64,000 nucleotides of DNA from assembly GCA_051362555.1 (NCBI GenBank), contig CM120641.1, positions 9,362,001 through 9,426,000 of the forward strand, in the 5' to 3' direction. The DNA is from Lingula anatina. Its lineage: Eukaryota > Animalia > Brachiopoda. The notes beneath the pieces were generated by a model. The model made no database searches, was not told the DNA's origin, and worked only from the letters and a program-made list of their open reading frames with translations. The position numbers were made by a program, and so were the translations under genes. Below, in pieces: positions 1 through 12,549 of the stretch; the first letter of the stretch is position 1; every line of letters starts with the position of its first letter.

Positions 1-13
1 GTTGTCTGCTTAC

Positions 14-36
14 AAAATATGGCGCTCATGACGTCA
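14..36 (+). promoter_or_regulatory. YY1-like AAAATATGGCG motif and perfect CRE (TGACGTCA, 29-36) at the probable 5' end of the ZNF106-like gene
   Basis: Both motifs are read directly. YY1 motifs overlapping the start codon are common in housekeeping genes. Function is untested. Confidence 0.35.
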
Positions 37-500
37 CTGGGAGAAAAATCTTTTCAAACAATAATAAGGTAGCGAAATATACGTTTTAGTGCATGGACAT
101 ATGGTTAGTCATGTCACCAAATAAATCTACGGCAATAAGCATTTTCTAATATTTAGTTAACATACATCTCATTTTACCCAGCATACACTGCTGTGGCATG
201 GCGGAAACTCGGATTCAAGCGATAATATTCAAATATAGAAGCTACTGAATAACTTGACTTGCTTTGCTCGTTAGATATATCGGTAAGGCTTAGAAAACAC
301 GAGTCGTTTTGGATATCGTTAGTGATATGTGCGTCTTTTGTTTTAATTGTTCACTGCAACAAGCTTTGAATAAGCTTATCACCGAGAGGTCATTGAGTTG
401 TTTACATTTTGCCGTTCGGGCACCCAGGCGCAGTGAATGATTGACATAATGAAGTCAAAGAACGAGTGAGATAAATAGCTGAAATATATACCAGTCCCAT

Positions 501-3500
501 TATTGTACCACCAGCGTTAGCGCTGGCGGTACACATGGTTTCGGTCTCGTCCGGATCGTTCCGCCGGCTCCGCCGGCTCCGCCGGTTCCGCCGGCTCCGC
601 CGGCTCCGCCGGACGGCTACCGTTACCGCTTCTCCTCCTAGACGGTAAGGCCCCCCATACCCATCTCATGGATTTAGGTCACCTATAATCTCAACTCGTT
701 CCACGTAAAATTTGGGCTTTGTCGGTATTGGGGTCTGGGTGTGGCACTCATTGCAATGCACCCTTGTCTAAAAATGGCAAAATTAAATGCTAATTATCTA
801 CCCTACGGAAGGAGTTATGGGAAAAATTTCTATAGACGGCTTTCCAAAAGTCATATGTGTAGATTTCAAATATACCCTTGGATTTGACCTTTGACCTTTA
901 CTTCAAGGTCAAATGGGCCAAAATTTTCAAAAAAATGAAATTTTTTACGAAAAAAAAATTTTTTGCCCTGTTATTCAGACACCACACAGACTTAACCAAT
1001 AATATTATTGGAAAGTGTTACCCTTCAGGTCATCTTTCATCTCCATGAATTTAGGGTCAATCGGTGCATTTTCACGGGAGTAGCGGCCATAAGATACCGA
1101 AACTGAAAACTGTCTCTAATTCGGGAACCGTTAATGCTAGAGACCCATTCTTTTTTGCATTTTGTAGAGCATGTAAAGCCCAACACTGGAGGTGGTCTCG
1201 GTTTTTTTGTATTCCATACGGTTTTCGAGTTACGCTGTATCAAAAAGTACATATTGGTGGTAAAAGCAAAATGTGCAGTACGGTAATGGATAATAAATTT
1301 TGAACTCTGGAAAAATAAAACATTAGGCTTGGCAAAGCAGACAACTTGTGTTCAAAAATGACATAATTTCATCAAATTTGAACTTCTGAAACTTCAGAGC
1401 ACCTCCTATTTCAAGAATTTTGACCAAAATGACATTTTCTTTATTTTAATTAATTTTTTCTGTACGAAATTTAAGGCACATTATGGTAACTCCAAAATTA
1501 TAGCATTTAGTCCCTTATATCTCCAAAACTGGCAGAGATAGGTCTATAGTTACTATTGAAGTTGGATAGGAAGTCATATACTGGCAATCTATATGTGACC
1601 TTAAAATTGACCTTTGACCTACTTTTCACCATGAACTGAACTTTGCAAATTTTTCTTCCCTTTTATCTCCAAAACTGGCAGAGATAGGCCCATAGTTACT
1701 ATTGAACTTGAATAGGAAGTCATATACTGGCAATCTATATGTGACCTTAAAATTGACCTTTGACCTACTTTTCACCATAAACTGAACTTTGCAAATTTTG
1801 CTTTCCTTTTATCTCCAAAACTGGCTGAGATAGGTCCGTAGTTACTATTGAACTTGAATAGGAAGTCATATACTGGCAATCTAAATGTGACCTTAAAATT
1901 GACCTTTGACCTACTTTTCACCATAAACTGAACTTTGCAAAATTTGCTTCCGTTTTATCTCCAAAACTGGCAGAGATAGGTCCATAGTTACTATTGAACT
2001 TGAATAGGAAGTCATATACTGGCAATCTAAATGTGACCTTAAAATTGACCTTTGACCTACTTTTCACCATGAACTGAACTTTGCAAATTTTGCTTCCCTT
2101 TTATCTCCAAAACTGGCAGAGATAGGTCCATAGTTACTACTGAACTTGAATAGGAAGTCATATACTGGCAATTAAATGTGACCTTAAAATTGACCTTTGA
2201 CCTACTTTTCACCATGAACTGAACTTTGCATGTAAAGCCCAATACTGGAGGTGGTCTCGGGTTTTTTTGTATTCCATACGGTTTTCGAGTTACGCTGTAT
2301 CAAAAAGTACATATTGGTGGTAAAAGCAAAATGTGCAGTACGGTAATGGATAATAAATTTTGAACTCTGGAAAAATAAAACATAAGGCTTGGCAAAGCAG
2401 ACAATGTGTTCAAAAATGACATTATTTCATCAAACTTGAACTTCTGAAACTTCAGAGCACCTCCTATTTCAAGAATTTTGACCAAAATGACATTTTCTTT
2501 ATTTTAATTAATTTTTCCTGTACGAAATTTAAGGCACATTATGGTAACTCCAAAATTATAACATTTAGTCCCTTATATCTCCAAAACTGGCAGAGATAGG
2601 TCCATAGTTACTATTGAACTTGAATAGGAAGTCATATACTGGCAATCTAAATGTGACCTTAAAATTGACCTTTGACCTACTTTTCACCATGAACTGAACT
2701 TTGCAAATTTTGCTTCCCTTTTATCTCCAAAACTGGCAGAGATAGGTCCATAGTTACTATTGAACTTGAATAGGAAGTCATATACTGGCAATCTAAATGT
2801 GACCTTAAAATTGACCTTTGACCTACTTTTCACCATGAACTGAACTTTGCATGTAAAGCCTAATACTGGAGGTGGTCTCGGTTTTTTTGTATTCCATACG
2901 GTTTTCGAGTTACGCTGTATCAAAAAGTACATATTGGTGGTAAAAGCAAAATGTGCAGTACGGTAATGGATAATAAATTTTGAACTCTGGAAAAATAAAA
3001 CATAAGGCTTGGCAAAGCAGACAATGTGTTCAAAAATGACATTATTTCATCAAACTTGAACTTCTGAAACTTCAGAGCACCTCCTATTTCAAGAATTTTG
3101 ACCAAAATGACATTTTCTTTATTTTAATTAATTTTTTCTGTACGAAATTTAAGGCACATTATGGTAACTCCAAAATTATAACATTTAGTCCCTTATATCT
3201 CCAAAACTGGCAGAGATAGGTTCATAGTTACTATTGAACTTGAATAGGAAGTCATATACTGGCAATATAAATGTGACCTTAAAATTGACCTTTGACCTAC
3301 TTTTCACCATGAACTGAACTTTGCAAATTTTGCTTCCCTTTTATCTCCAAAACTGGCAGAGATAGGTCCATAGTTACTATTGAACTTGAATAGGAAGTCA
3401 TATACTGGCAATATAAATGTGACCTTAAAATTGACCTTTGACCTACTTTTCACCATAAACTGAACTTTGCAAATTTTGCTTCCCTTTTATCTCCAAAACT

Positions 3501-6500
3501 GGCAGAGATAGGTCCATAGTTACTATTGAACTTGAATAGGAAGTCATATACTGGCAATCTAAATGTGACCTTAAAATTGACCTTTGACTTACTTTTCACC
3601 ATGAACTGAACTTTGCAAATTTTGCTTCCCTTTTATCTCCAAAACTGGCAGAGATAGGTCCATAGTTACTATTGAACTTGAATAGGAAGTCATATACTGG
3701 CAATATAAATGTGACCTTAAAATTGACCTTTGACCTACTTTTCACCATGAACTGATAGGTCCATAGTTACTATTGAACTTGAATAGGAAGTCATATACTG
3801 GCAATCTAAATGTGACCTTAAAATTGACCTTTGACCTACTTTTCACCATGAACTGAACTTTGCAAATTTTGCTTTCCTTTTATCTCCAAAACTGGCTGAG
3901 ATAGGTCTGTAGTTACTATTGAACTTGAATAGGAAGTCATATACTGGCAATCTAAATGTGACCTTAAAATTGACCTTTGACCTACTTTTCACCATAAACT
4001 GAACTTTGCAAAATTTGCTTCCGTTTTATCTCCAAAACTGGCAGAGATAGGTTCATAGTTACTATTGAACTTGAATAGGAAGTCATATACTGGCAATCTA
4101 AATGTGACCTTAAAATTGACCTTTGACCTACTTTTCACCATGAACTGAACTTTGCAAATTTTGCTTCCCTTTTATCTCCAAAACTGGCAGAGATAGGTCC
4201 ATAGTTACTACTGAACTTGAATAGGAAGTCATATACTGGCAATTAAATGTGACCTTAAAATTGACCTTTGACCTACTTTTCACCATAAACTGAACTTTGC
4301 ATGTAAAGCCCAATACTGGAGGTGGTCTCGGGTTTTTTTGTATTCCATACGGTTTTCGAGTTACGCTGTATCAAAAAGTACATATTGGTGGTAAAAGCAA
4401 AATGTGCAGTACGGTAATGGATAATAAATTTTGAACTCTGGAAAAATAAAACATAAGGCTTGGCAAAGCAGACAACTTGTGTTCAAAAATGACATTATTT
4501 CATCAAACTTGAACTTCTGAAACTTCAGAGCACCTCCTATTTCAAGAATTTTGACCAAAATGACATTTTCTTTATTTTAATTAATTTTTCCTGTACGAAA
4601 TTTAAGGCACATTATGGTAACTCCAAAATTATAACATTTAGTCCCTTATATCTCCAAAACTGGCAGAGATAGGTCCATAGTTACTATTGAACTTGAATAG
4701 GAAGTCATATACTGGCAATCTAAATGTGACCTTAAAATTGACCTTTGACCTACTTTTCACCATGAACTGAACTTTGCAAATTTTGCTTCCCTTTTATCTC
4801 CAAAACTGGCAGAGATAGGTCCATAGTTACTACTGAACTTGAATAGGAAGTCATATACTGGCAATTAAATGTGACCTTAAAATTGACCTTTGACCTACTT
4901 TTCACCATGAACTGAACTTTGCATGTAAAGCCCAATACTGGAGGTGGTCTCGGGTTTTTTTGTATTCCATACGGTTTTCGAGTTACGCTGTATCAAAAAG
5001 TACATATTGGTGGTAAAAGCAAAATGTGCAGTACGGTAATGGATAATAAATTTTGAACTCTGGAAAAATAAAACATAAGGCTTGGCAAAGCAGACAATGT
5101 GTTCAAAAATGACATTATTTCATCAAACTTGAACTTCTGAAACTTCAGAGCACCTCCTATTTCAAGAATTTTGACCAAAATGACATTTTCTTTATTTTAA
5201 TTAATTTTTTCTGTACGAAATTTAAGGCACATTATGGTAACTCCAAAATTATAACATTTAGTCCCTTATATCTCCAAAACTGGCAGAGATAGGTCCATAG
5301 TTACTATTGAACTTGAATAGGAAGTCATATACTGGCAATCTAAATGTGACCTTAAAATTGACCTTTGACCTACTTTTCACCATGAACTGAACTTTGCAAA
5401 TTTTGCTTCCCTTTTATCTCCAAAACTGGCAGAGATAGGTCCATAGTTACTATTGAACTTGAATAGGAAGTCATATACTGGCAATCTAAATGTGACCTTA
5501 AAATTGACCTTTGACCTACTTTTCACCATGAACTGAACTTTGCATGTAAAGCCTAATACTGGAGGTGGTCTCGGTTTTTTTGTATTCCATACGGTTTTCG
5601 AGTTACGCTGTATCAAAAAGTACATATTGGTGGTAAAAGCAAAATGTGCAGTACGGTAATGGATAATAAATTTTGAACTCTGGAAAAATAAAACATAAGG
5701 CTTGGCAAAGCAGACAATGTGTTCAAAAATGACATTATTTCATCAAACTTGAACTTCTGAAACTTCAGAGCACCTCCTATTTCAAGAATTTTGACCAAAA
5801 TGACATTTTCTTTATTTTAATTAATTTTTTCTGTACGAAATTTAAGGCACATTATGGTAACTCCAAAATTATAACATTTAGTCCCTTATATCTCCAAAAC
5901 TGGCAGAGATAGGTTCATAGTTACTATTGAACTTGAATAGGAAGTCATATACTGGCAATATAAATGTGACCTTAAAATTGACCTTTGACCTACTTTTCAC
6001 CATGAACTGAACTTTGCAAATTTTGCTTCCCTTTTATCTCCAAAACTGGCAGAGATAGGTCCATAGTTACTATTGAACTTGAATAGGAAGTCATATACTG
6101 GCAATATAAATGTGACCTTAAAATTGACCTTTGACCTACTTTTCACCATAAACTGAACTTTGCAAATTTTGCTTCCCTTTTATCTCCAAAACTGGCAGAG
6201 ATAGGTCCATAGTTACTATTGAACTTGAATAGGAAGTCATATACTGGCAATCTAAATGTGACCTTAAAATTGACCTTTGACTTACTTTTCACCATGAACT
6301 GAACTTTGCAAATTTTGCTTCCCTTTTATCTCCAAAACTGGCAGAGATAGGTCCATAGTTACTATTGAACTTGAATAGGAAGTCATATACTGGCAATATA
6401 AATGTGACCTTAAAATTGACCTTTGACCTACTTTTCACCATGAACTGATAGGTCCATAGTTACTATTGAACTTGAATAGGAAGTCATATACTGGCAATCT

Positions 6501-8078
6501 AAATGTGACCTTAAAATTGACCTTTGACCTACTTTTCACCATGAACTGAACTTTGCAAATTTTGCTTTCCTTTTATCTCCAAAACTGGCTGAGATAGGTC
6601 TGTAGTTACTATTGAACTTGAATAGGAAGTCATATACTGGCAATCTAAATGTGACCTTAAAATTGACCTTTGACCTACTTTTCACCATAAACTGAACTTT
6701 GCAAATTTTGCTTCCCTTTTATCTCCAAAACTGGCAGAGATAGGTCCATAGTTACTATTGAACTTGAATAGGAAGTCATATACTGGCAATCTAAATGTGA
6801 CCTTAAAATTGACCTTTGACCTACTTTTCACCATGAACTTAACTTTGCAAATTTTGCTTCCCTTTTATCTCCAAAACTGGCAGAGATAGGTCCATAGTTA
6901 CTATTGAACTTGAATAGGAAGTCATATACTGGCAATATAAATGTGACCTTAAAATTGACCTTTGACCTACTTTTCACCATGAACTGAACTTTGCATGTAA
7001 AGCCCAATACTGGAGGTGGTCTCGGTTTTTTTGTATTCCATACGGTTTTCGAGTTACGCTGTATCAAAAAGTACATATTGGTGGTAAAAGCAAAATGTGC
7101 AGTACGGTAATGGATAATAAATTTTGAACTCTGGAAAAATAAAACATAAGGCTTGGCAAAGCAGACAACTTGTGTTCAAAAATGACATTATTTCATCAAA
7201 CTTGAACTTCTGAAACTTCAGAGCACCTCCTATTTCAAGAATTTTGACCAAAATGACATTTTCTTTGTTTAATTAATTTTTTCTGTACGAAATTTAAGGC
7301 ACATTATGGTAACTCCAAAATAATAACATTTAGTCCCTTATATCTCCAAAATAGCAGAGATAGGTCCATAGTTACTATTGAACTTGAATAGGAAGTCATA
7401 TACTGGCAATATAAATGTGACCTTAATATTGACCTTTGACCTACTTTTCACCATGAACTGAACTTTGCAAATTTTGCTTTCCTTTTATCTCCAAAACTGG
7501 CAGAGATAGGTCCATCGTTACTATTGAACTTGAATAGAAAGTCATATACTGGCAATCTAAATGTGACCTTGAAATTGACCTTTGACCTACTTTTCACCAT
7601 GAACTGAATTTTGCAAATTTTGCTTCCGTTTTATCTCCAAAACTGACAGAGATAGGTCCATAGTTATTATTAAACTTGAATAGGAAGTCCTATACTGGCA
7701 ATATAAGTGTGACCTTGAAATTGACCTTTGACCTACTTTTTATCATGAACTGAACTTTTTTTCTCTTTTAACTTCAAACTTGACAGAGATAGGTTCATAG
7801 TTATTCTTGAACTTGAATATGAAGTCATATACTGGCAATTTACTGTGACCTTGAAATTGACCCTTGACCTACCTTACGAAGAACTTAAATTTGATTGTAC
7901 CATATATGTTTTTTGCAATAGTTTAAAAATTCTTGTTGATTGCATTTTTACAGCTTGTCAAGCACAAAACTGGTGGCTGTGTCCCTTATTTTGTGTATGG
8001 GGGGGTCTATACGAATGCGCTTGCTCCAGCTGGTGGTACAATATTCGGAGGCGGTATCGCCTCTCTGATCCTCTAGTT
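501..8078 (+). mobile_element. Non-autonomous Helentron/Helitron2-type element (HINE, DINE-1/pearl-like) with internal satellite array
   Basis: Perfect 15-bp subterminal inverted repeats TATTGTACCACCAGC (501-515) and GCTGGTGGTACAATA (8029-8043). 5' fold-back copy GCTGGCGGTACA (522-533). Microsatellite of 9-bp TCCGCCGGC units at ~560-612. 3' hairpin GAGGCG-gtat-CGCCTC (8048-8063) then CTAG-TTT (8073-8079). T-rich target, no TSD. Confidence 0.85.
1169..7875. repeat. Composite tandem array of ~31 146-bp monomers (A) interrupted by seven ~350-bp spacers (B), with a 2693-bp higher-order duplication
   Basis: CTCCAAAACT recurs at 1521, 1667, 1813, 1959, 2105 (period 146). B starts (ATGTAAAGCC) at 1171, 2230, 2851, 4301, 4923, 5544, 6995. 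Identical spurious ORFs recur 2693 bp apart (2300/4993, 2684/5377, 4361/7054). Confidence 0.95.
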
Positions 8079-8773
8079 TAACTTCGGTTTGAATTCATCT
8101 AGTACTTTGTAGTAATTTGAAACACGTTACTGCACTATTGCCGCAGTTTTTCTTCCTTTGGACATGGAATACGAGTTGCATACTTTGAATATTGCCGAGA
8201 TTTTAATCAAATCAAAAATATTTTAAGAGCATATTTATTAATATGGATTCCCATCGGCCGTGTAAATTTCCTCACTGGTCAACATTTAGAAGAAGTTTGT
8301 GAGTAGTTTTGGGTTGTAATGAGTGTAGTTCAACCTTGGCATGTGGGGATATCAAAGTGAATGTTCTTAATTGTTATGGTTTATTTGATTTTAAATAACA
8401 TTTTGATTTATTATCTAGAGATGTGAATGGATGAAATTATAATGGCATCCTTTTCAGTGGAAAATATATATAATACAATGTGTTTGAAGTCAACACTGGA
8501 TGAAAGTTTAAATGTCAATTTTTATGACATTTTCTTGTGAACAAAATGCAGGATCATTTCTAAATTACAATCATTTTAAATTGAAGAAAACTTTTTGAGC
8601 AAGTGCTTGATAAGTACCATTTTAGAGCAAAACAAAATACTTTAATATTCAGAATCCTGCAGGAATGTTTATGAATAACAAGAAGTATAAAAAAGAGGTT
8701 AAGATCATGTAACTTTTTACTGACAAAACAATAGACATTATTTTTTTATTATAGGATCAGACCTGTGATTGAT

Positions 8774-11700
8774 ATGGGAGACAGTGAAGCACAGCCAAGC
8801 AAAGATGTACAAAAAGAAAAGGAGGGAAATAAATGTGACTTGTGCAATATTTGCTACTTGAATGATAGTGTAAGTCAAGCAGAAAATAAACACCTTGATT
8901 TTCATTTTCATTGCACTTCATTATAGTAATTATTGATTGTTGTTGTAAATTTGAGTTTGTTTTCAGCTTTTTGATGCATGTCTTATTTATATTATATACA
9001 CTTAATGGTTGAAATTAAGCAGCCAGGTTGAATTATAATAATAGCATTAGCCCCCCTTCCCCCATTTGCTCTGCTGGAAGCCTGTTTTAAGTAAAATAGT
9101 TGCAGTGCAAATGATTTTATTTCATAGTAATCATGTTAATTGTACTATTTTTGTATTGAAAAACATTCACAGAATAAGTACTAGTACATTTTTGTTTACT
9201 GCCTTGTACATTTTAATGCCTTGTAGTATGTGAAGTATTGACAGCAAGCAAGCAATTAATACCATTAGAATTATGCTTTGCAAAAAAGGAGATCATTTTA
9301 AAATAGAAAAGGAGGAAAAAGAAATAAATTTCCCTAAATAGAAAAGATAAAGATAGAAAAGGATTTTATATTTAGGATCTGCATGAACACTATTGGTCCT
9401 TAATGCACCACATCAGACTGGAGCAGAGAAAAAGGTAATTTGATCTTGCAAAAATAAAAAATATATTCCTATTCAAAAGTTTGCCTCAATCTCCTTCAGA
9501 TATTGATGGAATTTATATTATTCATTATTACCAATGTAAAAAGCAAAGTTCATAACAATGATATATTGTTAAGTAGAAAATCAGTTTAACATTGCACACT
9601 TCAGTTTCATTGGTTGAAGATAAGTTGTTTTTTGTACAATTTTTAATTTTCTTCGATTTAGAAATTCCGTCCATACTTGCTCGCTATGCTGTGAATCATG
9701 TCCAACGTTGCCAGAATATAGCAAACACCTAAATAATGACAGACATCGCAGGAGGGTGGAAGAAGAGCGTAAAAATAATACAACTTCATCTGCTTCCAAA
9801 ACTTCCAGGTATGTGTGTGATGGGGTCCAGGCGTTAATATACTTTATTCAGGAGTTTTTGCTTGTTGTTATTTCCATGAACTTTGATTCATTTTTTGAAA
9901 GACAAATTGATAAAAAAAGTTCTTAGTCTAATTTAACTTACTGCTTGCTTTAAAAAATATGTCAACTGTGCAATTAAAATCATTTTTACATCAAAATAGA
10001 ATAAAAATGCTGTGCTGTGTGTAATTTTAGGTCATTTACTACCGATGACCAAAGGTCACCAAATTCTCATACTGATGGTGTTGAAGAGAACTTTGACAAT
10101 GACTACGTATGTCAACAGTCGAATGTCAAAATGGGACCCCAGTGGCAGAACACAAACACAGGCAGTTATAATCAGAAGTGGGGCAAGCATCGAAACTGGA
10201 AACGGAACATTTCTCCCAACTCAAATTTTGACTCGAGGTCACAGTGGAATGGAAATAGGGATGGAATGTATGAGGAAAGAAAAAGTCCTCTTCCTCCCAA
10301 TAAATGGCATGGGATGGACCCCCCTCACAGTAATTGGCAAGGAATGGAAACCCATTCCCCTTATAACTGGCAAGAAATGGATCCCCCTCACAATAATTGG
10401 GAAGGAATGGAACCCCCTCCCCACAATAGCTGGCAAGGCAATTACCAGCGTGGTGGTCGTGGAAGAGGTGGTTATTCCAGTCACTGGAGAGGTAATTTGT
10501 CCTGGAGGCCAAACAACAGGGACAAAGGCTCAAGAAATTCTTCACTGAATACATCTGGTAATTTAAACAGGAGCTTCAGCCCTGTGCACTTTCAAAACAG
10601 TTTACCAAATAATAGTGGATTGAACTGGAGCAGACAGAATACTTCTGTGACCAACAGTAGCAGAAGTTACAGTCCTGATTTCAGTGACAATAGCTATGAA
10701 GGTGGCATTGACTTTAACAGAACTGCGCAAAATCATTCTTTGAATGCTGATAGAAGTTTTGGTGGCCCTCCCAGCAGAAACGGACAAGATATGAAAAAAC
10801 AAAGAAGTAAGAATAAAAACAGTCCAGGATCTAGAAAATCTATAAAAAACAAGGGAAATTTCAGGTACCACAGATCTGAGAGTCCTAGGTATAGTCCAAG
10901 AAAACATTCATCTGTGGTGCTGCCTTGTAAATCTGTAGGTTTAGAAAAGTCTGGGAATAAAGGTTCCAGAGAAAAGGATAAAACAAATTCATTAAACAGT
11001 AGTAGAAATAAAAGTCAAATTAACAGTGGTGCAAGCTATCAGAAAAGCAGCATGTCTGATAATAACAGTGGTGGTGTTAAAGTAGAACAAATTAAAAGTA
11101 CCCCAAGGCAAAGAAGCATGTCTTCAGATTCTTCCAAGAATACTGAAAAATATTCAGCTTCGCCTGTAACCACTTTTGAAAATAGAAAAAGGACAAATTC
11201 ATTAAATAATGTCAAACTGACAAGTGAGTCCAATGCTCCCAAAAAGATGGATAAAGTGAAAGAAATGGAGTCAAAGTCCAGCTTGCCTGATAGCAAGCAT
11301 TCCTCTGTGTTAGCCAGAGCTGAAGCTGTGTGTAAGGAGATAAGAGAGAGACGCTTACTGAAACAGAAGCAAATTCAAGAAGCTGGGCTAGCTGAGATCT
11401 CGACAGAAAGAAATCAAATGAATCCGCTTACTGATCAGGATAACCCAGAGACAAATAACGGGAAACAGCCAGAGAAGATGGGCACAAATGTTGACACTTT
11501 TCACAGTTTGAGTACAAATAGCAAACCAGTAGGTCTTCCAGAGCAGTCTGAGAAAAATGGTGCTGATGAAAGCTCTTCTCAGACTTTAAGTCAGTATGGC
11601 AAGCAAGCAGCTTTACCTGACACCCTGAAGAAACAGTTATGGAAAACCAAACTGGGTGGAAAGCTTCTGAGATCTTCCAGTGATCCTTACGACAAAGATA

Positions 11701-12514
11701 CCTTGATTAAAATGGTAAATGCTCCAAGGTCCAGGAAAGACCAAATGCGTCTAGCACAAATGCTGAAAACTAAACCCCAGTTGAAGTCACAAAGGAGGTT
11801 TAATCTTGCCTTAGAACCTCCAGCAAGTGTGGACGGAACCAAAGATTTGGAGATGGAAGACCTTCCTGAAGAGGTGAGAAATCAGATAGCTCACCTCATT
11901 GAGCTAGATGTCCAAAGTGAAGACGGTCAACAAAATCATGAGATCTCAGAACCAAATGTGGAGTCCATTTCAGGAGATCCACCTTTACAGTTGCTAGATC
12001 TATATTCTGCTTCAGTTGAGAAGAGTTTGGATACCACAAAAGATGCCTCATATATTCCCTCTTCCTCTTCACAAACTCCAATAACTACCCTGTCATCTAA
12101 CATAGCTGGAAAGAGTTTGGATACAACAAAAGTTGCCACATGTATTCCCTCCTCATCACAAACTATTTTAACTACCCATTCATCATATATAGATAAAACA
12201 GATGGAAAGAGTTTAGATACAACAAAAGATGCCACATTAAAACCCCTTTCCTCATCCCAAACCCCTTTAACTTCTCATTCATCTTATATGGCTGGAGAAT
12301 TGGCAAAGAATTCAAACTCTGAAGGTATCCTTCCTGTTCAGCCCCAAGAAGTCACAGTCAAGAAAGAGCCAGTAGATAATTTCATAGATGAATCTCTAAA
12401 CAGACTTAATGCAGCAATTTCAGACTTCAAGAAAGAGAGGGTAGCAACTGATGTCACCACCAGTAGCACTATTGAGGTCACATCAAAGAGGAAAAGAACA
12501 TCTTCAGTCAATGT

Positions 12515-12549
<35 letters not shown>

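Noticed and set aside
1037-7251. Many recurring 61-82-aa ORFs
   Set aside because: They are by-products of the satellite array, broken by small indels between copies, with no recognisable domain.
1169-7875. CRISPR-like repeat/spacer appearance
   Set aside because: Units are 146 and ~350 bp, the spacers are identical to each other, there are no cas genes, and the context is eukaryotic.
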